Both the position numbers and the translations under genes were made by a program. The notes under the pieces are model-generated. The model made no database searches, was not told the origin of the DNA, and worked only from the letters and a program-made list of their open reading frames with translations. A stretch of 32,000 nt of DNA from Acaryochloris thomasi RCC1774 (GTDB taxonomy: Bacteria; Cyanobacteriota; Cyanobacteriia; Thermosynechococcales; Thermosynechococcaceae). Location of the stretch: assembly GCF_003231495.1 (NCBI RefSeq), contig NZ_PQWO01000020.1, forward strand, positions 35,624 to 67,623, written 5' to 3'. This document shows positions 18,549 through 27,762 of this stretch, in pieces (within the stretch, counting starts at the first letter, position 1; each line of letters opens with the position of its first letter).

Positions 18549-19637
18549 ATGCTTCAACCACTACAGCGTGTTCCTCTTTGGCTGAGGGCGTGGCTGATTT
18601 TCCCTCTAGCGTTTCTCAATGGCTGGCTGGCGCTGCTGCTGTTCGGCTATTTTCAGCCGCTCTCTAGCCTGCTGGTGACGGCGCTAATCTTGGCATTTTT
18701 GCTTAACTTTCCGATCAAGTTTCTGGAGCAGCGCGGTCTCGCCCGAGGATGGGCTACGGCCCTAGTGCTGCTTAGCTCTCTCCTACTGGTAAGCATTGCG
18801 GCTTTGACGCTGGTGCCGCTCATCATTGAGCAACTCAGTGGGCTGGTGAATACGTTCCCTGATCTCGTGGAATCCGGTAGTGGCCGACTCCAGACTCTGC
18901 AGGAGTGGCTCGCAACGCAGCAGATTCCGGTTGATCTGAGTGGCACCATTGATAGCGGTATTGCCAAGCTTTCTGACATTTTGCAGGCTACCAGCAGCGG
19001 TCTCCTTGACTTTGCCCTGAGTGCGATTAGCAGCTTAATTAACATCCTGCTGCTGCTGGTGCTGACAGTTTTCATGGTTGCCAGTGGCGAACGGGCTTGG
19101 AACGGTCTCTTTAGCTGGCTACCAACGACTTGGCGACTCTCGCTGCAGACTTCGATCCAGCAAACGTTTCAAACTTATTTTGCGGCTCAAGCCTTGCTAG
19201 CAGGCATCCTCAGCCTGTCGCAAACGATCGTATTCTGGATTTTGGATGTGCCCTATGCGGTCTTGTTTGGGGTCAGTATCGGGGTGACAACGCTGATTCC
19301 GTTAGCCAGCGCTGCCACCATTGTTGCGGTCAGCTTTATTCTGGCCCTCAAGAACCTCACGCTGGGCCTGAAGGTGCTGGTGATTTGCATTATCGTGGGC
19401 CAGATTAATGACAACGTGATCGCACCGCGATTAGTGGGCCGGTCTATTGGGCTAAACCCGATTTGGCTGTTAGTGGCATTGTTCATCGGCAATAAGTTCG
19501 CAGGCGTTTTAGGACTTTTGATCGCAGTACCCATCGCCAGCGTGATCAAAGGGATGGCGGAAGCAATGCGATCGCCAACAACCGAAGTCATCGCCGCCAA
19601 AGAACCGCATGAGTCATTAGCAGTGGATAACCCATAA
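18549..19637 (+). CDS. AI-2E family (PerM/UPF0118) transporter
   Basis: 362 aa and polytopic. The topology and the segment YFAAQALLAGILSLSQTIVFWILDVPYAVLFGVSIGVTTLIP...GQINDNVIAPRLVG match the AI-2E family pattern from memory. Confidence 0.85.
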   Translation: MLQPLQRVPLWLRAWLIFPLAFLNGWLALLLFGYFQPLSSLLVTALILAFLLNFPIKFLEQRGLARGWATALVLLSSLLLVSIAALTLVPLIIEQLSGLVNTFPDLVESGSGRLQTLQEWLATQQIPVDLSGTIDSGIAKLSDILQATSSGLLDFALSAISSLINILLLLVLTVFMVASGERAWNGLFSWLPTTWRLSLQTSIQQTFQTYFAAQALLAGILSLSQTIVFWILDVPYAVLFGVSIGVTTLIPLASAATIVAVSFILALKNLTLGLKVLVICIIVGQINDNVIAPRLVGRSIGLNPIWLLVALFIGNKFAGVLGLLIAVPIASVIKGMAEAMRSPTTEVIAAKEPHESLAVDNP

Positions 19638-19829
19638 AATTTTGCCCAAGGATTCTAGAGAGAGCTTAAGGGAATGATCCTGCTCTGCATTTGTTTCCAG
19701 TTCTCTAACACGTCCAAAAGATAGAGATAGTGAAGACCGAGTGCAATCAAATTTATTCCCTGCGTTAGAGGGCTGAATGGAGTTTAGGTCTCTATGGTGT
19801 GAGCAACAATAGTTGTTAGGACAGTTGTA

Positions 19830-20384
19830 ATGTACAGACTTCATGCCTTTTTTAAACGCCTACGCTTGAGCAAAGTTTTGCTGGTTATTGTGACGACTTC
19901 AGTTTTGACGTTAAGCACAGCCTGCAGCCAAGCAGCGCCCCCTGCTGCGCTAAACACCGCCCCTTCTAATGAGGCTGATATCCCGCGTCTGGTTGATAGG
20001 AGTGCATCCCCCAGCAGAGATGCTTCTATCGAAGCCAAGCAGCGACTCATCGATCAGGCGAAGCAGCAGCGAACTGCGCCTCCCCGCGACACTTTTGGCA
20101 CCGCGGCCAAAGCAATAGATGAAACAGCTCAAGACCTATCTGAAAATATCAGCAGCTCTGTGAGAGGTGCTGCTCAACAGACGCGGCAAACACTGGAGGA
20201 AACCTCTGATGTCATAGAAGATCGCTCAAGCGACGTCCTGCAGGATGCACAGCAGGCTATCAATAGCGTCATTGATGGTACCAAGCAAACACAGCAGGCC
20301 CTAGAGAATTCAGTTGACGCGCTAGAAGACCGCGCCAATGACGCTCTTCAAGACGCACAGCACGCACTGGATGATGCTGCCTAG
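19830..20384 (+). CDS. probable lipoprotein, acidic helical repeat protein
   Basis: Basic n-region plus hydrophobic core ending LSTAC (lipobox-like). Internal repeat EDRSSDVLQDAQQAI / EDRANDALQDAQHAL. No enzymatic motif. Confidence 0.7.
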   Translation: MYRLHAFFKRLRLSKVLLVIVTTSVLTLSTACSQAAPPAALNTAPSNEADIPRLVDRSASPSRDASIEAKQRLIDQAKQQRTAPPRDTFGTAAKAIDETAQDLSENISSSVRGAAQQTRQTLEETSDVIEDRSSDVLQDAQQAINSVIDGTKQTQQALENSVDALEDRANDALQDAQHALDDAA

Positions 20385-20509
20385 CAACCTAACTGTAGCC
20401 GCCGTTTTAGCCGCACAAAGGCTTCCACCTGTGACGTGAGTCCCTTCATGCTCTCAATATTGCCTTTATCTGTAACGGCTAGAACACTGTCGGGTTGGGA
20501 TTAAAGCGA

Positions 20510-21808
20510 CTAAAGCTGCCACTGGACAAATCCCACCAGCCGCCCGATGAGTCGATGTCGCCACCAGGAACGATGCTGCCAGTCTTTGAGACTGACCGAT
20601 TGACTCACCGCAAATGCCGTCTGAAACACCTGCTCGACTTCCATGATCAGCCGGGGGTCAGAGGTTGATAAATCTAGCTCTTCGTTGTGGAAGAAGCTGC
20701 GGGAGTCGAAGTTGGCGCTGCCCGTATTGACCCATTGGTCATCAACTAGCAGCATCTTGGCGTGGATCATGCTGGGCTGATACTCATAGATCTCAACGCC
20801 GTTCGCCAGCAGCTCACCAAACAGCTCAAAGGCTGCGTAGTAGACATACTTTTTGTCAATTTGCTCGGCACCCGCCGTCAGTAGCCGCACATCAACGCCC
20901 CTCTGTTTGGCTTCAATCAGCAGCTTCTGCGAATCTTGATCCGGCAGTAGATAGGGCGTCGCCAGCCATAGGCGTTTCTGGGCAGCCACGATGGTGTTTT
21001 CTTTCAGAGCCCGAATGGGGGAAAAACGATAGGTCGGGTTGTTCCCAGAGGTGATTAGGAATGAAGAAGGTGTCTGGACTGGATCGGTATGAAATGTATC
21101 AGGACGCAGATGAGCTTCTCGACCTGCGTAGGTCCAATGCTGCATGAACTGTCCTTCTAAGAAGGTGACTAACTCCCCTTCTAGACGGGTTTCAACATCC
21201 AGCCAGGGGTGAAGCTGGTCGTCTCCGTCCCATTCATCAGAAATACCGGCCCCGCCCACGAGGGCGATCTTGCCATCGATCAGCAATAGCTTGCGATGGG
21301 TCCGGCCTGCAAAGTTTGCGGGTGCCCGCCAGTCAAAGGCGTTGAAGAAGACAACCTGTACGCCCGCAGCCTGGAGTCTTGTCCAGTACCGCTGCGGTAG
21401 GGTGTGGGTTCCGTAGGCATCAACAATCAGCCGAACTTCGACCCCAGCCGCAGCCTGCTGTGCGATCGCAACTCCAAATTCAGTTGCGCGCCGCCCCGGC
21501 GTCATATAAAACGTTTCAAAATAAATCGTCTGTTCGGCTTGTCCAATCGCCTCCAATCGAACAGCCTGAATCTGATCATGCGTTGACCAAAAACCGGTGA
21601 CAATGCCCTCAGACAAAAAAGAGTTAGAGAGACTTGCCAGCACGGTCGGAAACCGTTTATCTCCGGCAGCCGGTCCATGGGTCACCCGGTACCGGACGGG
21701 GGTTCGAAAGGCACCTCGAATATAGAGACTGATCAGGATCAGCAGCGTTAGTCCCAGCGTCAATGCCAAAAGGCACTGCAAAATTAAAATGACAGTTGCA
21801 AGGGGCAA
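20510..21808 (-). CDS. phospholipase D-family enzyme, cardiolipin synthase-like
   Basis: N-terminal TM (VILILQCLLALTLGLTLLILISLYI). Two HKD motifs: HRKLLLID...GGAGISDEW and HAKMLLVDD...GSANFDSRS. Confidence 0.85.
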   Translation of the reverse strand: MPLATVILILQCLLALTLGLTLLILISLYIRGAFRTPVRYRVTHGPAAGDKRFPTVLASLSNSFLSEGIVTGFWSTHDQIQAVRLEAIGQAEQTIYFETFYMTPGRRATEFGVAIAQQAAAGVEVRLIVDAYGTHTLPQRYWTRLQAAGVQVVFFNAFDWRAPANFAGRTHRKLLLIDGKIALVGGAGISDEWDGDDQLHPWLDVETRLEGELVTFLEGQFMQHWTYAGREAHLRPDTFHTDPVQTPSSFLITSGNNPTYRFSPIRALKENTIVAAQKRLWLATPYLLPDQDSQKLLIEAKQRGVDVRLLTAGAEQIDKKYVYYAAFELFGELLANGVEIYEYQPSMIHAKMLLVDDQWVNTGSANFDSRSFFHNEELDLSTSDPRLIMEVEQVFQTAFAVSQSVSLKDWQHRSWWRHRLIGRLVGFVQWQL

Positions 21809-22010
21809 GGATGCGAGTCCTCTATTGCAGCGAAAAAACTCTGGTGCTTGCAGTGTACATCGAAGCCGTCAGAGATATTCTGCGGGTTCCTCCCGTCCTC
21901 TATTAATTCTGAAGACGGATGCCAGCCGTGACAGAAATTGCATCGGTAGCCCGCGCTAAATCAACCGTGGTATAGAGGCGTAGAGCCACATATTACGCCT
22001 AAATTAATCA

Positions 22011-22322
22011 ATGAACACCTCAAAACAGTCAGCCATGGAAGCCTCAATATTCGACACCCTTTTTCGAGATAGTCAGGGCGAGATCGTGATTGCCCAGCCC
22101 CCAAACGCAACGCTTTCCATCTGGATCGGTGCTAGCTTACTCAAGTTTACCGTTACTGAGGGTCCAGGCCACACGGCCCTTGAGACCGTCGCTTTCAGCG
22201 CCATCATCATCTGGTCAATTCAGGAACTCTGTGACGGGGTCAACTATTTCCGGCGCGGTTTGGGGCTGCTGGTCTTGGTCAGCGTCCTAGCTTCCAAGGT
22301 TGACCAGGCTCTTCTGGCCTAA
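22011..22322 (+). CDS. hypothetical small membrane protein
   Basis: 103 aa with hydrophobic segments (LSIWIGASLL, VAFSAIIIWSI, GLGLLVLVSVLA). No family recognised. Confidence 0.55.
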   Translation: MNTSKQSAMEASIFDTLFRDSQGEIVIAQPPNATLSIWIGASLLKFTVTEGPGHTALETVAFSAIIIWSIQELCDGVNYFRRGLGLLVLVSVLASKVDQALLA

Positions 22323-22451
22323 TTGGGCATGCCGGAAACCTTACTCTGCCTTTAATGCGTCAACAAGTTAGGGTTAACCCTCGAGAACTAGACTAAATAT
22401 TCACGATCGAAAAGATCGGAACTTTCTCTACAAACTGTTTAGGAGATCGAC

Positions 22452-22571
22452 ATGCCCCCGACGCCTAATCCGAATCGGCAACCTGTTGAGCTAAATCGCA
22501 CCTCTTTATTCCTAGGTTTGCTCCTGGTGTTTGTGACAACCCTGCTCTTTTCAAGTTACTTTTTCAACTAG
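22452..22571 (+). CDS. psbL: photosystem II reaction-centre protein L
   Basis: Not in the ORF track (39 aa). ATG at 22452 is preceded by aggag (22441-22445). The translation [39 protein letters not shown] has the same length and core ([19 protein letters not shown]......LFSSYFFN) as cyanobacterial PsbL as I remember it. Stop TAG at 22569-22571. Confidence 0.85.
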   Translation: MPPTPNPNRQPVELNRTSLFLGLLLVFVTTLLFSSYFFN

Positions 22572-23607
22572 CAGAAGACTCGACAAGCCTTGATTCACTC
22601 CGCTGAGGTTGCGGGGCTTGATTACCTGCAAACTTCAGCATCCAATCAATCAAGCGATCGCAAGTCCTTTCCCCCGTCAACGCCTCTAGTCGCGCAAAGC
22701 CACCGATATTACCGGCATTGATTTCACTAATCCGCCAAGTCCCTTGATCGTCGAGCAAAAAGTCGTAGCCAAGAGTGTGAAGGTTGCGATCGCAATATTC
22801 TCCCACTGTCCCTTCAATGGCTTCGCGCTCAGCGCGGGTCACCTCTGCCAGCTCGCATTCGCCATCAACGCTCACATTATTAACCCAATAGCCACTTCTC
22901 GACCGTCGCGTATAGGCACCATAGATCTCCCCATCGACCACCACCACCCGCTTGTCGCCCGCAGTGACGCCCTTAAGGTAGCGAACAAACTGTAGGGGTT
23001 CTAAATCACTGCCCTGCAGAGCCTGCATAACCTGAGCAAAGTTTCTAAAGCATTGAGTTCCGTTTTGACTATTGTCGACCCAGAAAGCTTGCTGCTCATA
23101 CCAAATTTTGAAAACACCGCGACCACCACAGCTATTGGTTTGCTTCGCCACAATGGTTTGGTGCTGCTCGAAGAAGGTGAACGCCTCTGCTAAATCCGCC
23201 GTCACCAGCATCTCAGGCGTATATCTCCCCGCCACGCGCTGCAGAAAATCAGGCTGCATTTGCTCTTGCTTCCCCACAGGATCGTTGATAAATCGTGTGT
23301 GCTGGGCCCAGCCACGAAGCTGATCAAGATAACCGTCTGGAAACGGTTTGAGACGTCGGCAAAAAACCAGATCAAAATCTGATAAAGCCTGCTGTAGACG
23401 TTCCTGGCGATCCAGTTTGCAAAAATCACCGTAGGTCAGCGTCTCCGGTACAGCCACGGCTGCAACGTGATCGGCTGACGTCACCGCTTCCACGGGAGCA
23501 TGGAAAAACGTAATGTGCGGGTCGCGGGCAAAGCGCTGATAGAGGGTGGGTACATCCATCTCAGGCTGCCCGTAGAGAGAGGGATCACAAATGTTGAGCA
23601 GTCTCAT
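22564..23607 (-). CDS. ATP-grasp ligase, glutathione-synthetase (GshB)/RimK-like
   Basis: [19 protein letters not shown] (Gly-rich ATP loop). [20 protein letters not shown], compared with Gsh[27 protein letters not shown], compared with GshB LTEINVTSP. Confidence 0.8.
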   Translation of the reverse strand: MRLLNICDPSLYGQPEMDVPTLYQRFARDPHITFFHAPVEAVTSADHVAAVAVPETLTYGDFCKLDRQERLQQALSDFDLVFCRRLKPFPDGYLDQLRGWAQHTRFINDPVGKQEQMQPDFLQRVAGRYTPEMLVTADLAEAFTFFEQHQTIVAKQTNSCGGRGVFKIWYEQQAFWVDNSQNGTQCFRNFAQVMQALQGSDLEPLQFVRYLKGVTAGDKRVVVVDGEIYGAYTRRSRSGYWVNNVSVDGECELAEVTRAEREAIEGTVGEYCDRNLHTLGYDFLLDDQGTWRISEINAGNIGGFARLEALTGERTCDRLIDWMLKFAGNQAPQPQRSESRLVESSAS

Positions 23608-23661
23608 GCTTGTTCAGCCCTTTGGGTGAACGCCCCACAACAGAAAGCCGCTGACCAGCAC

Positions 23662-24426
23662 TTAAACATGGCTCGTCACGGTCTTAAAATCTGCAAGATC
23701 TTGCTGCAGCATCGTTGCTGTCTGTAGCAGAAGAATCGTGTCTTCGCCATCGGCCAGCCGTCGATGAACCCTCGCTAGCATTTGCTCGTGGTGCCGTAGT
23801 GTCGTCTCCCGGTCCCCCCGCAAGCCGTTGACCTGACGGGTGATCTGATGGGCTGGCAGCCCAAAAAAGACACCGCCATCCGTATATTGAGTACATTCTT
23901 CGTAGAGGTTGAAAATTCTGGCTCCCCCGGTGATGGGGCCGTGATGTCCTAAGCTGCCATAGACATGCAAGCTCAGAAAAGGCCGATTGCTCGGGTTCCC
24001 CATCTGGTGGATTAAATCGTGAGTGACGACGTTGATAGTTCCCGCCGAAAAGGGATGTACAGACACCGTTGAAAGCTGCATCTGGTCGAGGCGAAAGACA
24101 GCATGTTCTGCCTCACCGAAGGACTGTACAGCCCCCCACTGAGCTGCACCATGATCGTGAATCGCACTATAGTCTCCCGGCAACCAGGACATGACCATAA
24201 TTTCAAAATGACCGCCATCATAAATGAGCTGACGACCATAACTATTGGCCACTGGATGCTCAAAATCTGTCCACAACTGCAGATCGTTAGCTTGGATGTT
24301 TGCCGCCTGCACACAATCCTTTGCAATCTCAGGCGTTATCACTGTTCTGCGCTCCAGGGAACGGATCAGGGTTTGAATTCGAGCAGGCCGTCCTAAGTAG
24401 GCTGGAACCATATCAGTTTTCATCAT
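23662..24426 (-). CDS. cysteine dioxygenase type I-family cupin (thiol dioxygenase-like)
   Basis: IMVMSWLPGDYSAIHDHGAAQWGAVQSFGEAEHAVF parallels the CDO metal motif (W.pGq.S.IHDH...). VTHDLIHQMGNPS parallels the third-His region (IGLHRVENVS). There is an additional ~80-aa helical C-terminal extension. Confidence 0.7.
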   Translation of the reverse strand: MMKTDMVPAYLGRPARIQTLIRSLERRTVITPEIAKDCVQAANIQANDLQLWTDFEHPVANSYGRQLIYDGGHFEIMVMSWLPGDYSAIHDHGAAQWGAVQSFGEAEHAVFRLDQMQLSTVSVHPFSAGTINVVTHDLIHQMGNPSNRPFLSLHVYGSLGHHGPITGGARIFNLYEECTQYTDGGVFFGLPAHQITRQVNGLRGDRETTLRHHEQMLARVHRRLADGEDTILLLQTATMLQQDLADFKTVTSHV

Positions 24427-24724
24427 GCTTGGTCATCTCAAAACACAACAGCAAATCGATGCAGAAGACAAAGCGATGGGCTGTACTGTCTTCCATATTG
24501 ACACCCTAGGTGTCCGGTCTGAAGCCCTGCTGAGAGAAGCATGAAAATCACCAAACCCCATGCAAACACTGACTCCAACAATCGGAAACCAGTGGGCTGA
24601 GCATCCACTTCCTTGGGGGAAACACCTGAACTTTAACAGTGAACGACACCTCGTAACCCTCCATCCGGGATAAGAGCTGAAGATCTCGGTACAGCGGAGG
24701 AGGAACTGGGGGCTTGTTGGTTCT

Positions 24725-25495
24725 CTATGACTCTGGAAAGAGAATCGTTTCCGGCGGTAGGCTGCTCTCCTGAGCCGCTGCATTAGCAGCGACATATCCA
24801 GCATCAGCAGAAAGCCCCAGTGCTGGATAGCCCATTGAGATAGCCACCTGATCGCCATATAGACAGGCGAGTTGAGTTGGAAAGTGTGTCGTCCCCAGAT
24901 GGGGCTGCAAAGCTGCGCGGGTGTAGGTGAGCTCGTCCCTTTCCAGAGAGCGAGATCCTCCACCCGCAAATCTGGTCGCGTAACCTTCCTGGCGCATCAT
25001 TTGGTGCAGCGTTTTTGGGAAACCGTGTCGGTTTTGATAAAGTCGTCGATAGACTGTGCTGAGAACGGCACCCTGAATGGACTCGGTTGTCGGTATCTCA
25101 CTGGTCCAGAGTAAAACCACAATCCAGCCATCACTTGCTCGCCCAGGATCTTCAAATCGGTGGGTGGCATCGGTAAGCGCGCGATGGGTCCACTCCCCTC
25201 CAGCATCATCTGCTAACACTAGCGCGACCCGGAAAATTGCATCGAGAAAAGGCAGTCGGCGCTCAGCGTCGCGGAGTGACTGTTCAGCAATTTTTTCAGC
25301 CTGTAGCTCAAGCAGCTGATCGAGCTGCGTCTCCACATGGCGCTTTCCCATCGGATTCATGAGAGACAGGGGCAGTACCATCTCATCGGTGCCGTTAGTC
25401 AAGGTTTGCAGATACTCTCGAAAGCGCTGCATCGGATTGGGAATTCTGTATAGATCCCGCTGAATCTTCAAAAGTGGCTGGAGTATCAACTGCAT
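24725..25495 (-). CDS. conserved hypothetical protein, no family recognised
   Basis: 256-aa ORF with codon usage like its neighbours. No TM segments, no metal or nucleotide motif that I can identify. Confidence 0.65.
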   Translation of the reverse strand: MQLILQPLLKIQRDLYRIPNPMQRFREYLQTLTNGTDEMVLPLSLMNPMGKRHVETQLDQLLELQAEKIAEQSLRDAERRLPFLDAIFRVALVLADDAGGEWTHRALTDATHRFEDPGRASDGWIVVLLWTSEIPTTESIQGAVLSTVYRRLYQNRHGFPKTLHQMMRQEGYATRFAGGGSRSLERDELTYTRAALQPHLGTTHFPTQLACLYGDQVAISMGYPALGLSADAGYVAANAAAQESSLPPETILFPES

Positions 25496-25627
25496 CGGCC
25501 CAAGTCTAGAATGATGACAGTCAAAATCTTAGGCACAACGGTCGCCTGCGGTGTTAGACGCGACGGGCTTTATGCCTGCTCCGTGAGCCTTGAGAACAAT
25601 GGGTGAGTCTAATCAGCAAATCTAGAA

Positions 25628-27067
25628 TCACGCCAGCACCATCCAGAACAGCACAGTAAGCACAATGCTCATGACGCCAATCAAGTGCTCGAGCTGCTCA
25701 AAGAGGCGCGGCAGCTTGAGAATCGTTTTTCGAAAAGCCAGGAAATAGACAAGCCATCCCGCACCTAGGGTCAGCAAGGCTTTAACCAGGTTTGTTGTTG
25801 TATAGGCATCGATATATACAATATTGGCGGCGATTAATCCACTCAACAACAACAGGATGGCAAGCCAGAGTCCGAGCTTGCGGCTGTAAGATTCTGCTGG
25901 CTCTGATGTGGGCGGGATAAAAATGAATTTGGCAAAGGCGATCGCAGTTCCCACCGCCACAATACTCATCACGATCTCTTGCCAAGAGCTGAGCTGCTTG
26001 AGGGTCTGGGTCTTGGCTCCAAAGCCTGCCAGTAAAGGAAAACCGGAGATGGAAAGGGATGAGATCGCAATGCCAGCCCACATCGGTGTATAAACTCGGC
26101 TTGCTCGCAGTGCTTCAAAATCACGACTAGGCAAGTTCCCAGCCATCAAAAAGAGAGATGATTTCGCCAGCCCGTGCGTTAACGCATAGAAGCCTGCTGC
26201 AGTGGGTGCCACCAGAATAAAACCCAGCTGCGAAATCGTACTAGAGGCCAGCATCCGTTTGGTATCTCGCTCAAGGATGGCATAGCTCACCCCGAGCACC
26301 GCTGTCGCCGCACCAAAGATCTGGAGCATCGGTGTAATACCTTCCACCATCAACGCACAGCGCACCAGCGGAAAAACGCCGGTTTTCACAACCACCCCCG
26401 ACAACATCGCAGATACAGGCGTCTCAGATTCAGCGTGGGTCAACGGAAGCCACAGGCCCGAGACAAAGATACCGCCCTTCGTCAACAGTCCTAGAAAGAT
26501 CAGTGCGATCGCCTCTGTCGGAGCCTGTCCCAACCCTGCAAACGCAAACGAATGTGTGGCCTGATACACCAGCAACGCCCCAATCAGGTAAAACAGCATC
26601 GCTGTATTGCTAACAAACAGGTAGCGGAGTCCGACCCAGATGGAGCGGTCCGTACGGGGATAGGTGATCAACAGGAAAGCCGCAACGCCAATAATTTCTA
26701 AGGCCACATAAAGACTAATAAAGTCTGCACAAATGAACACAGCGTTAACGCTGCCGTGCAGAATACTGATCTGGGTATAGAAAAACGCTGATTTATCGCT
26801 TTGCCAGCAATAGAGAATAACGGCTGTGGTGACCAGCGCATTGGTCAAGATAAAGTAGCCGCTCAGTGAATCAACCGTTAAGGTAACGCCAAAGTTATCT
26901 AGGAGCTGTAGATTGATGGGTAACGGAGCAAGGATGGCCTGCAGCCCATAGACTAGCGACAGGAATGCCACCATCAACGCAAAGGCACGATCCAGTTTGG
27001 GGAGCAAATAAATGCTGAACCCCATAAAAAAGGGCAAAGCAATCCAGGTCAGCGTGATTAGGCTCAT
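25628..27067 (-). CDS. mrpD: Mrp/NDH-type antiporter-like subunit, MrpD-like copy 2
   Basis: 479 aa and polytopic. NuoN/MrpD-like core (LTKGGIFVSGLWLPLTHAESETPVSAMLSGVVVKTG). Paralogue of the 29340-30767 gene. Separated from mrpB by a 32-nt gap. Confidence 0.85.
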   Translation of the reverse strand: MSLITLTWIALPFFMGFSIYLLPKLDRAFALMVAFLSLVYGLQAILAPLPINLQLLDNFGVTLTVDSLSGYFILTNALVTTAVILYCWQSDKSAFFYTQISILHGSVNAVFICADFISLYVALEIIGVAAFLLITYPRTDRSIWVGLRYLFVSNTAMLFYLIGALLVYQATHSFAFAGLGQAPTEAIALIFLGLLTKGGIFVSGLWLPLTHAESETPVSAMLSGVVVKTGVFPLVRCALMVEGITPMLQIFGAATAVLGVSYAILERDTKRMLASSTISQLGFILVAPTAAGFYALTHGLAKSSLFLMAGNLPSRDFEALRASRVYTPMWAGIAISSLSISGFPLLAGFGAKTQTLKQLSSWQEIVMSIVAVGTAIAFAKFIFIPPTSEPAESYSRKLGLWLAILLLLSGLIAANIVYIDAYTTTNLVKALLTLGAGWLVYFLAFRKTILKLPRLFEQLEHLIGVMSIVLTVLFWMVLA

Positions 27068-27099
27068 GGTATATGGTCAGAATTCTGCTTTTCTGTTGA

Positions 27100-27762
27100 C
27101 TACAACAATCCTCGGTAACGGATAAAGATTAAGATCGCAGCCCAAGACCCTAGAGCAACCTTGACCGCCACCAAAATATTGAGAACCGGAATCCATCCGC
27201 CGCTGAACAGTCGTCCCAGTTGGCCCTGCGGCAGCTCTATACCGACGAGGGTTAAGACGGCCAGCACAATGAAAACGAGCACCGATACTTTTTCCCAGGT
27301 CGCAGCCTGCCAACGCTGGTAGATGGCCTCCATCCACGTTGAAGATGAGGTAATGGCAACCAGACCGATCGCCGTCCCCCCGGCAACACCTGCGGCAAAG
27401 CCCCCCCCTGGGCTTAGATGTCCACGTATCGCCAGCTCAATACCAACCAGGGCCGCAATTGTAGCCCCCAAACGGGCTAAAACGATGGAGGGGTGATCGG
27501 TAAACTGGTAGACCGTCTGGGAAGGTTGTTCATTGGCGAGTAAAAATTTGGCTCCCATGATCGCTGTGGTGAACACAACGACCTCGAAGATAGTGTCGTA
27601 GAGACGATTCCTGAAGATGATGCCTGAGACTGCATTAGGGACGCCGCTGTCCTGCACGATCGATTCGACGATCGCAAGTTCAGCAGAGTCAATTGCTGGA
27701 TTCGGGAAGACCAGCATTTTTATATACAGGGCAATACCAACGGCAATATAGATCCACTTCAT
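27100..27762 (-). CDS. mrpB: Mrp antiporter subunit B (MnhB domain)
   Basis: 220 aa. SGVPNAVSGIIFRNRLYDTIFEVVVF matches the MnhB signature (NAVTAIL.DFRGYDTLGE). 4-nt start/stop overlap with the upstream gene. Confidence 0.8.
   Translation of the reverse strand: MKWIYIAVGIALYIKMLVFPNPAIDSAELAIVESIVQDSGVPNAVSGIIFRNRLYDTIFEVVVFTTAIMGAKFLLANEQPSQTVYQFTDHPSIVLARLGATIAALVGIELAIRGHLSPGGGFAAGVAGGTAIGLVAITSSSTWMEAIYQRWQAATWEKVSVLVFIVLAVLTLVGIELPQGQLGRLFSGGWIPVLNILVAVKVALGSWAAILIFIRYRGLL

Noticed and set aside
21697-21710. tRNA T-arm-like string ggggttcgaaagg
   Set aside because: It lies inside the PLD-family CDS, and no acceptor or anticodon arms can be folded around it.
20510-21808. PLD-family protein as a defence nuclease
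   Set aside because: It has an N-terminal membrane anchor, a two-HKD cardiolipin-synthase-like layout, and no neighbouring defence-type genes. A lipid enzyme is the simpler reading.
24433-24969. 178-aa minus-strand ORF
   Set aside because: It overlaps the 3' 245 nt of the better-supported 24725-25495 gene in another frame. It is Cys/Arg/Trp-rich with an atypical composition, so probably spurious. The underlying spacer is reported separately.
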